DNA from: Eubacteriales bacterium
GTDB taxonomy: Bacteria > Bacillota > Clostridia > Oscillospirales > CAG-272
Length of the DNA: 64,000 bases
NCBI GenBank assembly: GCA_045653705.1
Contig: JAZOMG010000066.1
Location: 1,888-65,887, forward strand
Reading direction: 5' to 3'
Below the pieces are notes generated by a model, which was not told where the DNA came from, ran no database searches, and saw only the letters and a list, made by a program, of their open reading frames with translations. Numbering within the stretch: the first letter of the stretch is position 1; the number at the start of each line of letters is the position of its first letter. This document shows, piece by piece, positions 17,647 to 27,888 of this stretch. The translations under genes and the position numbers were made by a program.

Positions 17647-17742
17647 TATATTCGCCTTGTTACTAATAACGCTCGAAGAGCATATCACTGCCGTAGGCAA
17701 TATCACGCGCGAAGCGCATAGAACTCGCCAAAGGCGAATATA
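17647..17742. repeat. Array of four short hairpins with ATATCAC-like linkers, bounded by a 12-bp perfect inverted repeat
   Basis: TATATTCGCCTT (17647-17658) pairs with AAGGCGAATATA (17731-17742). Internal units are aataac-GCTCgaaGAGC, atatcac-TGCCgtaGGCA, atatcac-GCGCgaaGCGC and atagaac-TCGCCaaaGGCGA, with a period of about 18 nt. Confidence 0.55.
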
Positions 17743-17745
17743 ACT

Positions 17746-17782
17746 GAAAAACGACAAATTTCAGTAGAAATTTGTCGTTTTT
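17746..17782 (-). terminator. Terminator downstream of tRNA-Lys (bidirectional hairpin)
   Basis: AAAACGACAAATTT-loop-AAATTTGTCGTTTT with A/T runs on both sides. Confidence 0.7.
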
Positions 17783-17783
17783 C

Positions 17784-17859
17784 TGGTGACCCACCGGAGA
17801 CTCGAACTCCGGACCCCTTGATTAAAAGTCAAGTGCTCTACCGTCTGAGCTAGTGGGTC
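17784..17859 (-). tRNA. tRNA-Lys (anticodon UUU), CCA encoded
   Basis: The reverse complement GACCCACTAGCTCAGACGGTAGAGCACTTGACTTTTAATCAAGGGGTCCGGAGTTCGAGTCTCCGGTGGGTCACCA folds as a cloverleaf. The anticodon loop is CUUUUAA. A TTGACA-17-TATTAT promoter lies upstream. Confidence 0.95.
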
Positions 17860-17980
17860 GTGCGCATTTGCGCTACCTATATATAATACCACATTATCTA
17901 GAATTTGTCAAGTTTTTTTTTACAACATCTTTAACAAATCTTATCATATAATATCGGCATCAAAATGTAGATATTAACTA

Positions 17981-18502
17981 TTATTTTTTCAACGCCCGTA
18001 TATCCTTAGCCAACAGGGCTATATTTTCGGGTATAATTTCCGGCAGGTCGTGGTGGTCGCTGTCGTCCTCCTCAAAATCCTGTGAGCGTATAGAGCTTCT
18101 CATCAGCATAACGGCAAGCTTATCGATTCCCGAAAGCTTATCGGGCTTCAGCTCACCTCCGAAAAGATGAAATCCCAGAGACGGCGCAAACGCTCTCGGC
18201 AAGAGCGTTTCGGAGTACTCACCGAATAGCTTTGTCAATCCGCAACAAAAATATACGGCGCAAGGCATTTCATTCAGCGTATCAAGGTTTGACTTTACGT
18301 ATTTTTTGATTTTTTTATTCATATTTTCCATACGTATAGCGCTGCCGAGTATAACAACGTCAAATCCGTCGGGAGCCGGAATATCCTCTTTTCTTGCGTC
18401 AGCAAGAGTTACCCTATGGTGTTCTTCCAAATGAGCGGCAAGCATCTCGGCGCACCGCCTTGTAACGCCGCCGTAGGTAGCGTAGACTATTAAAATATTC
18501 AC
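17981..18502 (-). CDS. Flavodoxin-domain protein (HemG-like flavodoxin family)
   Basis: NILIVYATYGGVTRRCAE... flavodoxin N-terminus. GTG start at 18502 with an AAGGAGAG RBS; the ORF-track start is 18538. Confidence 0.65.
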   Translation of the reverse strand: MNILIVYATYGGVTRRCAEMLAAHLEEHHRVTLADARKEDIPAPDGFDVVILGSAIRMENMNKKIKKYVKSNLDTLNEMPCAVYFCCGLTKLFGEYSETLLPRAFAPSLGFHLFGGELKPDKLSGIDKLAVMLMRSSIRSQDFEEDDSDHHDLPEIIPENIALLAKDIRALKK

Positions 18503-18558
18503 TAAAAAGCTCTCCTTTATATACCGCCCGCCGTCCAAAAGGACGGCAGGCTTTTTTA

Positions 18559-21500
18559 TTAGAAAAATGAGATCTGGTCGGTCTCGCTGAGATTGTCAAG
18601 AACTCGGTTTTTACGAAGTATCTCAATTACGCTCTTTGTAAGCTTCGCGCGTATCCGCAGGTCATCTACGGAGAAAAATCTTTCCTCTTCCCTTGCGTTT
18701 ATAATATTTATAGCCGCGTTCTCTCCAAGTCCCGGCAGTGCCGAAAATGGCATACGGATAGCTCCGTTTTCGGGTATAAATTCATAGGACATAGATTTTT
18801 CTATATCGATCGGCAGGAAGCGGATACCTCTTTCCATACACTCATTTATGAGCTGTAATGATGCCACAGACGCCTGTTCCTTTGGTGATGCCTCTTTACC
18901 TCGGCGCTCGATATCCTTGATGGTATCCTTGACAGCCTGTTTACCTCGCATTACCACCTCAGCGTCAAAGCCGCCGGGGGCGACGGTAAACATAGCGCAA
19001 TAGAAAGCGATAGGCATATTCACTTTATCCCACCCGAGACGGATAGCCGACATAACGTAAGCCGCGGCGTGGGCTTTCGGGAACATGTACTTTATCTTCT
19101 TACAAGAGCCGATATACCAATCGGGCACGTCATGGGCTCTCATTTCCGCTTCCCATTCGGGGGTAAGTCCCTTACCCTTACGGACACTCTCCATTATTTT
19201 AAAGGAAAGTGAGTTTTCAACTCCGTAACGGATAAGGTCGTTCATTATGTTGTCTCGGCATCCGATAACCTTAGAAATATCGCATATTCCTTGCTTTATA
19301 AGCTCCTCGGCGTTTCCAAGCCACACGTCAGTGCCGTGGGTAAGGCCCGATATCTGCAAAAGGTCAGCAAAGTTCTTGGGCTTTGCTTCTACAAGCACCT
19401 GCTGTAAAAAGGGCGTACCGAATTCGGGCAGACCGTACGTACCGATAGGCGCGTTTATCTGCTCGGGCGTTACGCCCAAGGGCTTGGTAGATTCAAAGAG
19501 GTCATAAACCTCCTTTGCGTTCATTGGCACATCCATAACACTTGTGTTTGTAAACTTTTCAAGCCATTTATACTTGGTAGGCATATCGTGTCCAAGCTCA
19601 TCAAGCTTCAATATGGTGTCGTGCAGATACGAAAAAGCAAAGTGTGTTGTTACAATATCCGAGTGGGGGTCATCGGCAGGGTGCCGAACGGGGGTAAAAT
19701 CGTAAACCTCGTATTCCCTCGGTATAACGATAATTCCGCCGGGGTGCTGACCTGTTGTACGCTTCACACCTACGCAATTCTGAATAACTCTGTCCATCTC
19801 GGCTCTGCCGAGGCTGTAGCCCTTACTCTCATAGTACTTTGCAATAAATCCAAACGCCGTTTTATCGGCAAGTGTACCAAGAGTTCCCGCACGGAACACG
19901 TTTTCAGCTCCAAACAGCTCCTCGGTATATTTATGAACCTTACCCTGAACGTCTCCCGAAAAGTTAAGGTCAATATCGGGGGATTTATCTCCGTAGAAAC
20001 CAAGGAAGGTCTCAAAAGGGATGTCGTGTCCGTCTGCGTTCAGCTTCTCCCCGCACTTAGGGCAGGTCTTGTCGGGCAGGTCGAAGCCCGAGCCTATACT
20101 GCCGTCTGTGAAAAATTCGGAGAACTGACACTTTGGGCAGTAGTAGTGGGGCGGCAAAGGATTGACCTCTGATATACCCGCCATAGTTGCTACAAAGGAC
20201 GAGCCCACAGAGCCTCGCGAGCCAACGAGATAGCCCTGACTTTCGCTGTACCAAACAAGCCTTTGAGCAATCATATAAAGCACCGCAAAGCCGTTTTTGA
20301 TAATAGACGTCAGCTCCTTATCAAGACGCTTGCTGACTATTTCGGGCAAAGGGTCGCCATACATAGATTTCGCCCTTGTCCAGCATTTTTCCTGTAGCTC
20401 CTCCTCTGCCCCCTCCATATTAGGAGTATAAGAGCCTTTGGGTATTGGGCGGACGTACTCTATCATATCGTTTATTTTATTGGTATTCTCAACTACGACC
20501 TCGTAAGCCTTTTCCTCTCCGAGATACGAGAATTCCGCCAGCATCTCCTCGGTAGTCCTGTAATAGAGGTGTATATCCTTATCGGCGTCCTTGAACTTAA
20601 GACCCGACAAAAGTATCTTTCTGTACACCTCATCCTCTTCGTTAAGGAAGTGGGCGTCACAGGTCGCGCATACGGGCTTTCCGTACTTCTCGCCAAGCTC
20701 GACTATACGGCGGTTAAGCTGTCGAAGCCCTTCCTCATCGGCAACCTTTCCCTCTTCTATGAGGAATCGGTTATTGCAGATAGGCTGTATTTCAAGATAA
20801 TCGTAAAAGTTGACTATCTCCTCTATCTCACCCTCGGGAAGCTCATCAAGAATAGCGCGGAACAGCTCGCCCGCTTCACAGGCAGAGCCGATTATAAGCC
20901 CCTCTCTGTGCTTTTCAAGCTCGGTCTTGGGTATTCTCGGATTTCGTCTGTAATAGTCAAGATAGCTCTTTGAAATAAGCTTATAAAGGTTTTTAAGTCC
21001 CGCTTGGTTTTTAACGAGAATTATCTGGTGATAGGTTCTCTGCTGCAAGGGGTCTGCCTTTGCGCTCATTTCATTTTCAAGCGCCGTAAAATCGTTTATA
21101 TCAAGCTCTCCCAGCTGCCCCAGCATCTTAAAGAATATCATTGCAAGCATTTCCGCGTCATCGCTTGCGCGGTGATGGTGGAAATCTCCGAGACCGTAGT
21201 GCTCGGCAAGAATATTCAGCTTATGCTTTTTTAAGTCGGGATTTACGTATCTCGACAATGCCACTGTATCGAGAGATGCGTTTTTGAAGGGTAATCCGAG
21301 ATTTTTCGCAGCCACCCGCAAAAAGCCCATATCAAAATCGGCGTTGTGGGCTATCATAAGCCTGTCGCCCACAAATTCGAGGAATTTCGGAAGAGCCTCG
21401 GCTATCTTCGGCTGTCCTCTCACCATATCGTCGGTTATTGAGGTAAGCTCGGTTATCTCAGGGGGAATGTCACATTCGGGGTCAACGAATACGTCATAGG

Positions 21501-22938
21501 TCTCAAGTACCTTACCGCCCGCAATTTTAACTGCGCCTATCTCTATTATCTTGCAGTTTGCCGCGTTTAGTCCCGTAGTCTCAAGGTCGAAAACAATAAA
21601 CTCATCTTCAAAACCACCCTCGTAGCGCCCGTTAATAGCGCTTGCGGTGTCGTTTACAAAATAAGCCTCCATTCCGTAAATGACCTTCATATCGTTCTTA
21701 TCGGCGGCAATCATTGCCTCGGGAAAGCCCTGAACGTTTCCGTGGTCGGTTATAGCCACCGCGGGGTGTCCCCATTTTTTAGCCGTTTTTACAGCTACGT
21801 CGGGGGGAATCAATGCGTCCATACTGGACATATTTGTATGTAGGTGAAGCTCTACACGCTTCTTTTCCGCCTTGTCCTTTCTCGCTTCCTTGGCTATGAC
21901 CGCAATATCTGTATAGCTCATATACAGCTCGTCATCCTTACGCTCGGTTTTAAGATAGCCGTGGACAGCTACTGCCATACCCGTCTTTATAACTCCCGCT
22001 ATCTCTCCCGCATCCTCGGGCGACATAGCGTAATTCTTTACGTAAACCGATGCGTTTCCGTCAAATATTCCAAAGGAAATATTGAACTTATCCCCCGCCC
22101 TGTTGGCTTCCTTTGTAAAGTTAAAGACCTCACCGAGGAATACTATATTTCTTATAGGTCGGTTGACCGATGCTATCGGAATGGGGTCTATGGCAAATTT
22201 TACACCGATAGCAAAATTCGGCTCTGAAACGTCAAACACAGACGAGCCTATTTTTATACGGGTATCGCTTATTCTTTCGGCAGACACGCCGTCGCCGTAA
22301 ATAGACGCAAGTCTTGGGTATACCTCCGCATCCTCGGCAACTGCCGCGCTCTCCTGTCCGTAACTTGCCACCGCCGCATTGTAGCTTCTCTCAGCCGCCA
22401 ATATCTGCTTGTCAATTATTTCGAGCTTGTCCCTTACGTTATCGCGCTTGTTCTCGGCGGCGTATATATCATTCTCGATATCGACCTTTATTTTCAAGGA
22501 AAACTCGCTGAAGATAATGTTTTCTATAACGCTTGCCGTGTTTGCATCCTCTAAAAGCCCCACCTCATAAAAGGGTATCTTCAAGGCAAGCCTGTCCTCG
22601 GACAGCTCATACTTATAGGACGTAAAGAATCCGCGAGCAACCACGCCCACTCTCTCTGTCTCCAAAAGGAGCTGAGGAATGTATTTTTCTGAAAAAAGCT
22701 CGGACGGATAATGAGGGAAAAGCTTAAAATGAGTAAGAGAATATGCCCCAGCCACCTCTGCTTCAAGGGCGTACAGCGTTTCCTTTTTTACAATATTGGG
22801 CAGCTCGGCATATACCTCTAATATCCGTTTTTCCTTGTCAAGTCTTGTTTTTGTTACTTTTCCGGATGTAAGAATACCCAGATAATCCTCATTAGGCACG
22901 TATTTACTTAGTAATTCCCTTAATGTCTTTTCTGCCAT
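18559..22938 (-). CDS. polC: DNA polymerase III alpha subunit, PolC type (with internal 3'-5' exonuclease)
   Basis: 1459 aa with a PHP domain (HLHTNMSSMDA), a DEDDh exonuclease insert (FIVFDLETTGL...HRASDDA), a zinc-finger CPKC...CPKCG and the polymerase core. Confidence 0.97.
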   Translation of the reverse strand: MAEKTLRELLSKYVPNEDYLGILTSGKVTKTRLDKEKRILEVYAELPNIVKKETLYALEAEVAGAYSLTHFKLFPHYPSELFSEKYIPQLLLETERVGVVARGFFTSYKYELSEDRLALKIPFYEVGLLEDANTASVIENIIFSEFSLKIKVDIENDIYAAENKRDNVRDKLEIIDKQILAAERSYNAAVASYGQESAAVAEDAEVYPRLASIYGDGVSAERISDTRIKIGSSVFDVSEPNFAIGVKFAIDPIPIASVNRPIRNIVFLGEVFNFTKEANRAGDKFNISFGIFDGNASVYVKNYAMSPEDAGEIAGVIKTGMAVAVHGYLKTERKDDELYMSYTDIAVIAKEARKDKAEKKRVELHLHTNMSSMDALIPPDVAVKTAKKWGHPAVAITDHGNVQGFPEAMIAADKNDMKVIYGMEAYFVNDTASAINGRYEGGFEDEFIVFDLETTGLNAANCKIIEIGAVKIAGGKVLETYDVFVDPECDIPPEITELTSITDDMVRGQPKIAEALPKFLEFVGDRLMIAHNADFDMGFLRVAAKNLGLPFKNASLDTVALSRYVNPDLKKHKLNILAEHYGLGDFHHHRASDDAEMLAMIFFKMLGQLGELDINDFTALENEMSAKADPLQQRTYHQIILVKNQAGLKNLYKLISKSYLDYYRRNPRIPKTELEKHREGLIIGSACEAGELFRAILDELPEGEIEEIVNFYDYLEIQPICNNRFLIEEGKVADEEGLRQLNRRIVELGEKYGKPVCATCDAHFLNEEDEVYRKILLSGLKFKDADKDIHLYYRTTEEMLAEFSYLGEEKAYEVVVENTNKINDMIEYVRPIPKGSYTPNMEGAEEELQEKCWTRAKSMYGDPLPEIVSKRLDKELTSIIKNGFAVLYMIAQRLVWYSESQGYLVGSRGSVGSSFVATMAGISEVNPLPPHYYCPKCQFSEFFTDGSIGSGFDLPDKTCPKCGEKLNADGHDIPFETFLGFYGDKSPDIDLNFSGDVQGKVHKYTEELFGAENVFRAGTLGTLADKTAFGFIAKYYESKGYSLGRAEMDRVIQNCVGVKRTTGQHPGGIIVIPREYEVYDFTPVRHPADDPHSDIVTTHFAFSYLHDTILKLDELGHDMPTKYKWLEKFTNTSVMDVPMNAKEVYDLFESTKPLGVTPEQINAPIGTYGLPEFGTPFLQQVLVEAKPKNFADLLQISGLTHGTDVWLGNAEELIKQGICDISKVIGCRDNIMNDLIRYGVENSLSFKIMESVRKGKGLTPEWEAEMRAHDVPDWYIGSCKKIKYMFPKAHAAAYVMSAIRLGWDKVNMPIAFYCAMFTVAPGGFDAEVVMRGKQAVKDTIKDIERRGKEASPKEQASVASLQLINECMERGIRFLPIDIEKSMSYEFIPENGAIRMPFSALPGLGENAAINIINAREEERFFSVDDLRIRAKLTKSVIEILRKNRVLDNLSETDQISFF

Positions 22939-22958
22939 TTATACATCCTTTCCAAGAT

Positions 22959-24044
22959 TTATCTATCCTTAAATTTTTTTACCTCGTCTATGAGCACCGA
23001 AACTATATCGCCCTCAGGTATCTTTTTTATTATCTCGCCTTTTTTGATAAGGACTGCCTCTCCCTTACCGCCCGCGATCCCCACGTCAGCCTCTCTCGCT
23101 TCACCCGGACCGTTGACGATACAACCCATAATAGCTACCTTAACAGGAATATCAGTAATTCTCTCATCGGCGGCGCGGCGCTCAAATTCCGCCACGATGG
23201 GAATAAGGTCTATTTTAGTTCGTCCGCAGGTAGGACAGCTTACGATATCCATTCCCCTCTGCCCGTCAATTCCGACAGCCTTAAATATCTTCTTCGCCGC
23301 TCCTATTTCCTCTATGGGGTCGTCGGTAAGAGACACCCGAACAGTATCTCCTATGCCGTCGCAAAGAAGCGCGCCTATACCCACCGCGCTCTTTAAAGAG
23401 CCCATCTCTCTGCTTCCCGCCTCGGTAACGCCGAGATGCAAGGGATAGTCGCACTGTTCGGCAAGCAATCTGTTAGCGGCTATCATATTATAGGGGTCTG
23501 ACGCCTTTATTGAGATTACGGTATTATGAAAATCAAAGCGCTCAAGAAGCGCCGCGTGATAAAGGGCGCTTTCGCACAACGCCTCAGGCGTGGGCGCGCC
23601 GTGCTTTGCAAGTATCTCCTTTTCAAGAGAACCGCTGTTTACGCCTATTCGTATGGGGATATTCTTTTCGTTACATATTTTGCATACGGCTCTTACCCTC
23701 TCATCGTCTCCGATGTTTCCAGGGTTTATGCGTATCTTATCCACACCCACCTCGGCGCAACGGAGAGCTACGCGGTAATCAAAATGAATATCCGCAACTA
23801 TGGGAATATTCACGCCTTTTTCCTTAAGATAAGGGATAGTATCCGCCGCTTCTACGTCGGGAACTGTAATACGGACTATATCACACCCCACCGCCTCAAG
23901 CTTTTTTATCTGCAAAAGGGTCGCTTCCCTATCCTTTGTGTCGGTATTAGTCATCGACTGTATTGCTATGGGGGCATTACCGCCCACGGTTACGTTTCCG
24001 ATCTTTACCGCATTTGTTTTTCTTCTTATACCGTTATACTTCAT
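22959..24044 (-). CDS. ispG: 4-hydroxy-3-methylbut-2-en-1-yl diphosphate synthase (flavodoxin)
   Basis: GcpE signature (VGGNAPIAIQSMTNT, RINPGNIG) and C-terminal 4Fe-4S cysteines (SCPTCGR...MGCIVNGPGE). Confidence 0.95.
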   Translation of the reverse strand: MKYNGIRRKTNAVKIGNVTVGGNAPIAIQSMTNTDTKDREATLLQIKKLEAVGCDIVRITVPDVEAADTIPYLKEKGVNIPIVADIHFDYRVALRCAEVGVDKIRINPGNIGDDERVRAVCKICNEKNIPIRIGVNSGSLEKEILAKHGAPTPEALCESALYHAALLERFDFHNTVISIKASDPYNMIAANRLLAEQCDYPLHLGVTEAGSREMGSLKSAVGIGALLCDGIGDTVRVSLTDDPIEEIGAAKKIFKAVGIDGQRGMDIVSCPTCGRTKIDLIPIVAEFERRAADERITDIPVKVAIMGCIVNGPGEAREADVGIAGGKGEAVLIKKGEIIKKIPEGDIVSVLIDEVKKFKDR

Positions 24045-24048
24045 ATAA

Positions 24049-25086
24049 TCACCTACGTATCAAGCCTATAACGTCCTTGCCCATTATGAATATCATAAAA
24101 ATAAAGAGTATCGATATTCCGATAAAGTTTATATATCCCTCAACCTCTTTTTTTATGGGCTTTCTTCTTATGGCTTCTATTATCAAAAACAGAAATCTTC
24201 CGCCGTCAAGCGCGGGAAAAGGGATAAGATTGAACACGCCGAGATTTATTGACAAAACGGTAACGATATACAGAAAGTTTACAAATCCGCTCTTTACCGC
24301 ATCGCCAACCACCTCAGCCACTCCCACAGGTCCCGAAACGGCTTCAAGTCCGTATCTTCCCGTAACAAGGGCAACTATTGAATCGATTATCATTTTAACG
24401 GTCGACACCGACCTACAAAGAGAATGCTTTATAAGATTGGGGGCATTCTTCTCCTCTGCTAAAAATTTAAAATCATAGTTTCCAAAGGTAACGCCCGATT
24501 CTTCAAAGCTTGTAAAGCTGATATCCTCAAAGGTTATTTTCTGCCCATCTCTTTTTACCGTAATGTCTATGGGCTTATAGCCTTGATTCATTATCTCGTA
24601 AGCGGCATCGTTTCCCGTAAATACGGGTACTCGGTTAATAGCCACTATCCTATCCCCCACCTGTAAATGCTGACTTGAGGTCGCCCCCTCGTCAAACGCC
24701 GCAATGGTGGTAGATGCCAAAGCGCCCTGTGAAAAGACTATTACAGTCATAAGCAGAAAGCCGAGCAAAAGGTTCATAGCGGGACCTGCAAGAACTATCG
24801 CCATTCGCTTCCAGATAGGCTTATTGCAAAAAGCGCTCTCATCGTCGGATGCCTCATCCTCACCAACCATACTTACAAAGCCGCCTATCGGCAGGGCGCG
24901 CACGCCGTATTCTGTGCCGTACTTTTTAGATTTCCACCCAAAAAGCCGAGGTCCCATACCAATGGCAAACTCCTTTATTCCCACTCCGCAAAGACGGGCG
25001 GTAATAAAGTGCCCCCATTCGTGTATAAATATAAGAACGCCAAAAACTATCACCGTCGACAGGACGGTTATAAATCCATTCCACAT
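24049..25086 (-). CDS. rseP: RIP (site-2) zinc metalloprotease RseP family
   Basis: HEWGH zinc motif in TM1, a central PDZ-like segment and a C-terminal LNLIPFPALDGG motif. Confidence 0.9.
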   Translation of the reverse strand: MWNGFITVLSTVIVFGVLIFIHEWGHFITARLCGVGIKEFAIGMGPRLFGWKSKKYGTEYGVRALPIGGFVSMVGEDEASDDESAFCNKPIWKRMAIVLAGPAMNLLLGFLLMTVIVFSQGALASTTIAAFDEGATSSQHLQVGDRIVAINRVPVFTGNDAAYEIMNQGYKPIDITVKRDGQKITFEDISFTSFEESGVTFGNYDFKFLAEEKNAPNLIKHSLCRSVSTVKMIIDSIVALVTGRYGLEAVSGPVGVAEVVGDAVKSGFVNFLYIVTVLSINLGVFNLIPFPALDGGRFLFLIIEAIRRKPIKKEVEGYINFIGISILFIFMIFIMGKDVIGLIRR

Positions 25087-25141
25087 ATAGAATCAATCTC
25101 CTTGTAATTACGCAAACACAAGGCTGTCTGTAAATTCAAAA

Positions 25142-26299
25142 TCAAAGCAAATCCGCAATGCTCCTGCGCGCCTCTCGGTCACATTCGATAATTCCCTCAA
25201 GGCTATGAATATCCTTAGCGTATTGCATTTTTTCAACAGTAGCGCACACCGTTTCCCCAATGGTATAAAAGGGTATTTTCCCCTTTAGAAATTCAGCAGC
25301 TGCCACCTCGTTTGCCGCATTTAACACAGCGGGCAACGCGCCGCCCTTTCCTATGCAGTCAATAGCCGCCGCAAGGAGAGGAAAGGTCTTAGTATCGGGT
25401 CTTGCAAAGGTCAGCTTTCCTATTTCAAATAAATCAAGCTCATCTATGGCAGCTTCTGTCCTGTCGGGATAGGTAACGGCATACTGAGCGCACAGCCTCA
25501 TATCGGGAACAGACAGCTGAGCTATAACGCTATTATCAATATATTCCACCATTGAATGTATTATACTTTCGCGATGGACTACCACCTCTATCCTTTCGGC
25601 GGGAACGCCAAAAAGGTGAACCGCTTCAATGACCTCAAATCCCTTATTCATAAGGGTTGCCGAGTCTATAGTTATCTTCGCGCCCATCTTCCAGGTGGGA
25701 TGAGCCAAGGCTTCCTTGACACCGATAGATTTCAACTGCTCGGCGGTATAACCGAAGAACGGTCCGCCCGATGCTGTAAGCAAAATTTTCTTGACCTCGG
25801 TCTGCTTACCCGATTTAAGGCACTGAAAGATAGCCGAATGCTCGCTATCCACAGGAAGTATCTCTACTCCCTTTTCCTTAGCCTTTGCCGTCACTATTTC
25901 TCCGGCAACCACAAGAGATTCCTTATTGGCAAGAGCAAGTCTCGCCCCCGAATCAATAGCCGCAAGACTTGGCAAAAGTCCCGCTTCTCCGATTATGGAA
26001 TTAAGAACAACGTCACGCTTTTCGGAGAGAGTCATTTCGCATATACCCTCGTCTCCCGAATATACCTTTGTGTCAGTATCGGCTAAACGGACGCGAAGCT
26101 CCTTTGCGGCGTTCTCGTCAGCCATAGCAACAGACCTTACGCCAAAGCGACGCGCCTGCTCCTCAACACGCTTGAAGTTGCTGTTTGCGCTGAGAGCCGT
26201 GACGCGCATATTCATTTTTTCGGCAACGTCTATCGCCTGCTCGCCTACCGACCCCGTAGAGCCGAGTATGGCAATATTTTTTTGTTTGCTATCAATCAT
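25142..26299 (-). CDS. dxr: 1-deoxy-D-xylulose 5-phosphate reductoisomerase
   Basis: ILGSTGSVG NADPH motif, with LANKESLV and DSEHSAIFQC. ATG at 26299 avoids an overlap with cdsA; the ORF-track start is 26350. Confidence 0.95.
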   Translation of the reverse strand: MIDSKQKNIAILGSTGSVGEQAIDVAEKMNMRVTALSANSNFKRVEEQARRFGVRSVAMADENAAKELRVRLADTDTKVYSGDEGICEMTLSEKRDVVLNSIIGEAGLLPSLAAIDSGARLALANKESLVVAGEIVTAKAKEKGVEILPVDSEHSAIFQCLKSGKQTEVKKILLTASGGPFFGYTAEQLKSIGVKEALAHPTWKMGAKITIDSATLMNKGFEVIEAVHLFGVPAERIEVVVHRESIIHSMVEYIDNSVIAQLSVPDMRLCAQYAVTYPDRTEAAIDELDLFEIGKLTFARPDTKTFPLLAAAIDCIGKGGALPAVLNAANEVAAAEFLKGKIPFYTIGETVCATVEKMQYAKDIHSLEGIIECDREARRSIADLL

Positions 26300-26310
26300 A
26301 AAAAGCTCCG

Positions 26311-27156
26311 TCAGATAAGAGATATTCCCGTAAGCGTCATAAACATACAAACCACGCCAAGTCCGAGGGCTACCGCCAATATGGAGTCAAAGCGGTCAAG
26401 CATTCCGCCGTGACCGGGAAACAGCTTTCCGAAATCCTTTATTTTATAGTGTCTCTTAATTACCGACATTATAAGGTCGCCTATCTGGGATATTACAGAA
26501 AGTATTATTCCGCTTATGGCAAGGAAGATAAAATTCGCGTCGGCACTGAAGAATTTATCAACGATAAATCCAAAGCCTACGTAGAAAAGCGAGCAGAAAA
26601 CTATACCGCCGATGCTTCCCTCAATCGTCTTTTTGGGGCTTACGTCCTCAATAAGCTTATGTTTTCCGAGAAAATATCCCGTAAAATACGCAAATATATC
26701 GGTTATCCACGCGCCGAGGAATATCAATAAGTACAGATACTTTCCGCCATCGGTATAATCTCTTACGTAAAGTATACAGTTCATTGCGGCAATTACATAC
26801 ACCGACATTCCGAACACTGTCAGAGCGTTACTGAAAACAAGTCTGCCGTGTGACCATACCACAAAGGTAAACAGATATATGAGATAAAGTGCCCCCGCCA
26901 TAAAGCCGATAATTGCATAGGTCATAGCCTCGCCGGCGAAAACGTATCTCATAAGAAATGGGGATACTGCCGCATAAAGATAAAGAGGAAGTGTCAGGAA
27001 CACCTTTTTTTCCACACCCATACATTTAAACAGCTCAAAAAGGCTGATGAGCGTAACGACAGCAACCGCTAAAGGAAACAGCGGCGTATGTGAAAATATA
27101 AGTATAGGCAAAAGCACGCCTATGGCGACGATGCTTGTGATTATTCTTTTTAACAT
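26311..27156 (-). CDS. cdsA: Phosphatidate cytidylyltransferase
   Basis: Polytopic membrane protein with the C-terminal CTP-transferase-1 signature SVIKRHYKIKDFGKLFPGHGGMLDRFDS. Confidence 0.9.
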   Translation of the reverse strand: MLKRIITSIVAIGVLLPILIFSHTPLFPLAVAVVTLISLFELFKCMGVEKKVFLTLPLYLYAAVSPFLMRYVFAGEAMTYAIIGFMAGALYLIYLFTFVVWSHGRLVFSNALTVFGMSVYVIAAMNCILYVRDYTDGGKYLYLLIFLGAWITDIFAYFTGYFLGKHKLIEDVSPKKTIEGSIGGIVFCSLFYVGFGFIVDKFFSADANFIFLAISGIILSVISQIGDLIMSVIKRHYKIKDFGKLFPGHGGMLDRFDSILAVALGLGVVCMFMTLTGISLI

Positions 27157-27168
27157 AGCAAACCTTTC

Positions 27169-27879
27169 TCACACTCCGCCAAAGCGACGGCTTCTTTTTG
27201 TAAATTCTTCTATTATCTCATCAACGTCCGAGGTCTTAAGGTCGGGCCACAGCTTATCGGTAAAATAAAGCTCCGCATACGCCGACTGCCACAAAAGAAA
27301 ATTAGATATTCTCAAATCTCCGCCTGTGCGCACAACCATATCAAGCTCGGGAGATTCGTGGGTGTAGACTGCCCCCGATATATCTTCCTCGGTTATATGG
27401 GTCTTACCCTCGGAAATCAGCTTATTTGCGGCATAGGCTATCTCGTCTCTTCCGCCGTAATTCAGGGCGATATTTACAATATAAGTGTTTTTTTGCGACC
27501 TCTCCTCAAGATAAAGCATCTTATTTTGAAGCTTCTCGGAAAATATTGACTTATCCCCGAGAAATACGACCCGCATATTATTTATCTCTATCTCCTTTTT
27601 ACAGTCGTCAAGATAAATATCAAGCAGCTTCATTATTGCGTCTACCTCTTTTTTGGGACGCTTCCAGTTTTCGGTGGAAAAGGCGTAAAAGGTTGCCGCA
27701 TCCATACCGATATCTCCGCAATAGCGCATTATTTTTCTGAAAACCTCTGCGCCCTGCTTATGTCCGTATTCACGAGGCATTCCTCTTTTTTTAGCCCATC
27801 TTCCGTTACCGTCCATTATAAAGGCTATATGTCTTATCGGACAAGGCTCGGCAGTGGATTTGATTTCCTTTTTCAACAT
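27169..27879 (-). CDS. uppS: Isoprenyl transferase (undecaprenyl diphosphate synthase)
   Basis: HIAFIMDGNGRWA and FSTENW..., LRISNFLLWQSAYAELYF motifs. Confidence 0.95.
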   Translation of the reverse strand: MLKKEIKSTAEPCPIRHIAFIMDGNGRWAKKRGMPREYGHKQGAEVFRKIMRYCGDIGMDAATFYAFSTENWKRPKKEVDAIMKLLDIYLDDCKKEIEINNMRVVFLGDKSIFSEKLQNKMLYLEERSQKNTYIVNIALNYGGRDEIAYAANKLISEGKTHITEEDISGAVYTHESPELDMVVRTGGDLRISNFLLWQSAYAELYFTDKLWPDLKTSDVDEIIEEFTKRSRRFGGV

Positions 27880-27888
27880 TTTAACTCC

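Noticed and set aside
17569-17757. 62-aa minus-strand ORF between hpf and tRNA-Lys.
   Set aside because: It spans the hpf terminator and the hairpin mini-array, has no RBS, and its sequence is palindrome-derived. It is better explained as a repeat element.
17640-18560. tRNA-Lys as an integration site for a genomic island or prophage.
   Set aside because: Both flanks are ordinary housekeeping genes (hpf on one side, flavodoxin-like gene and polC on the other). No integrase, direct repeat of the tRNA 3' end or foreign-looking genes are present.
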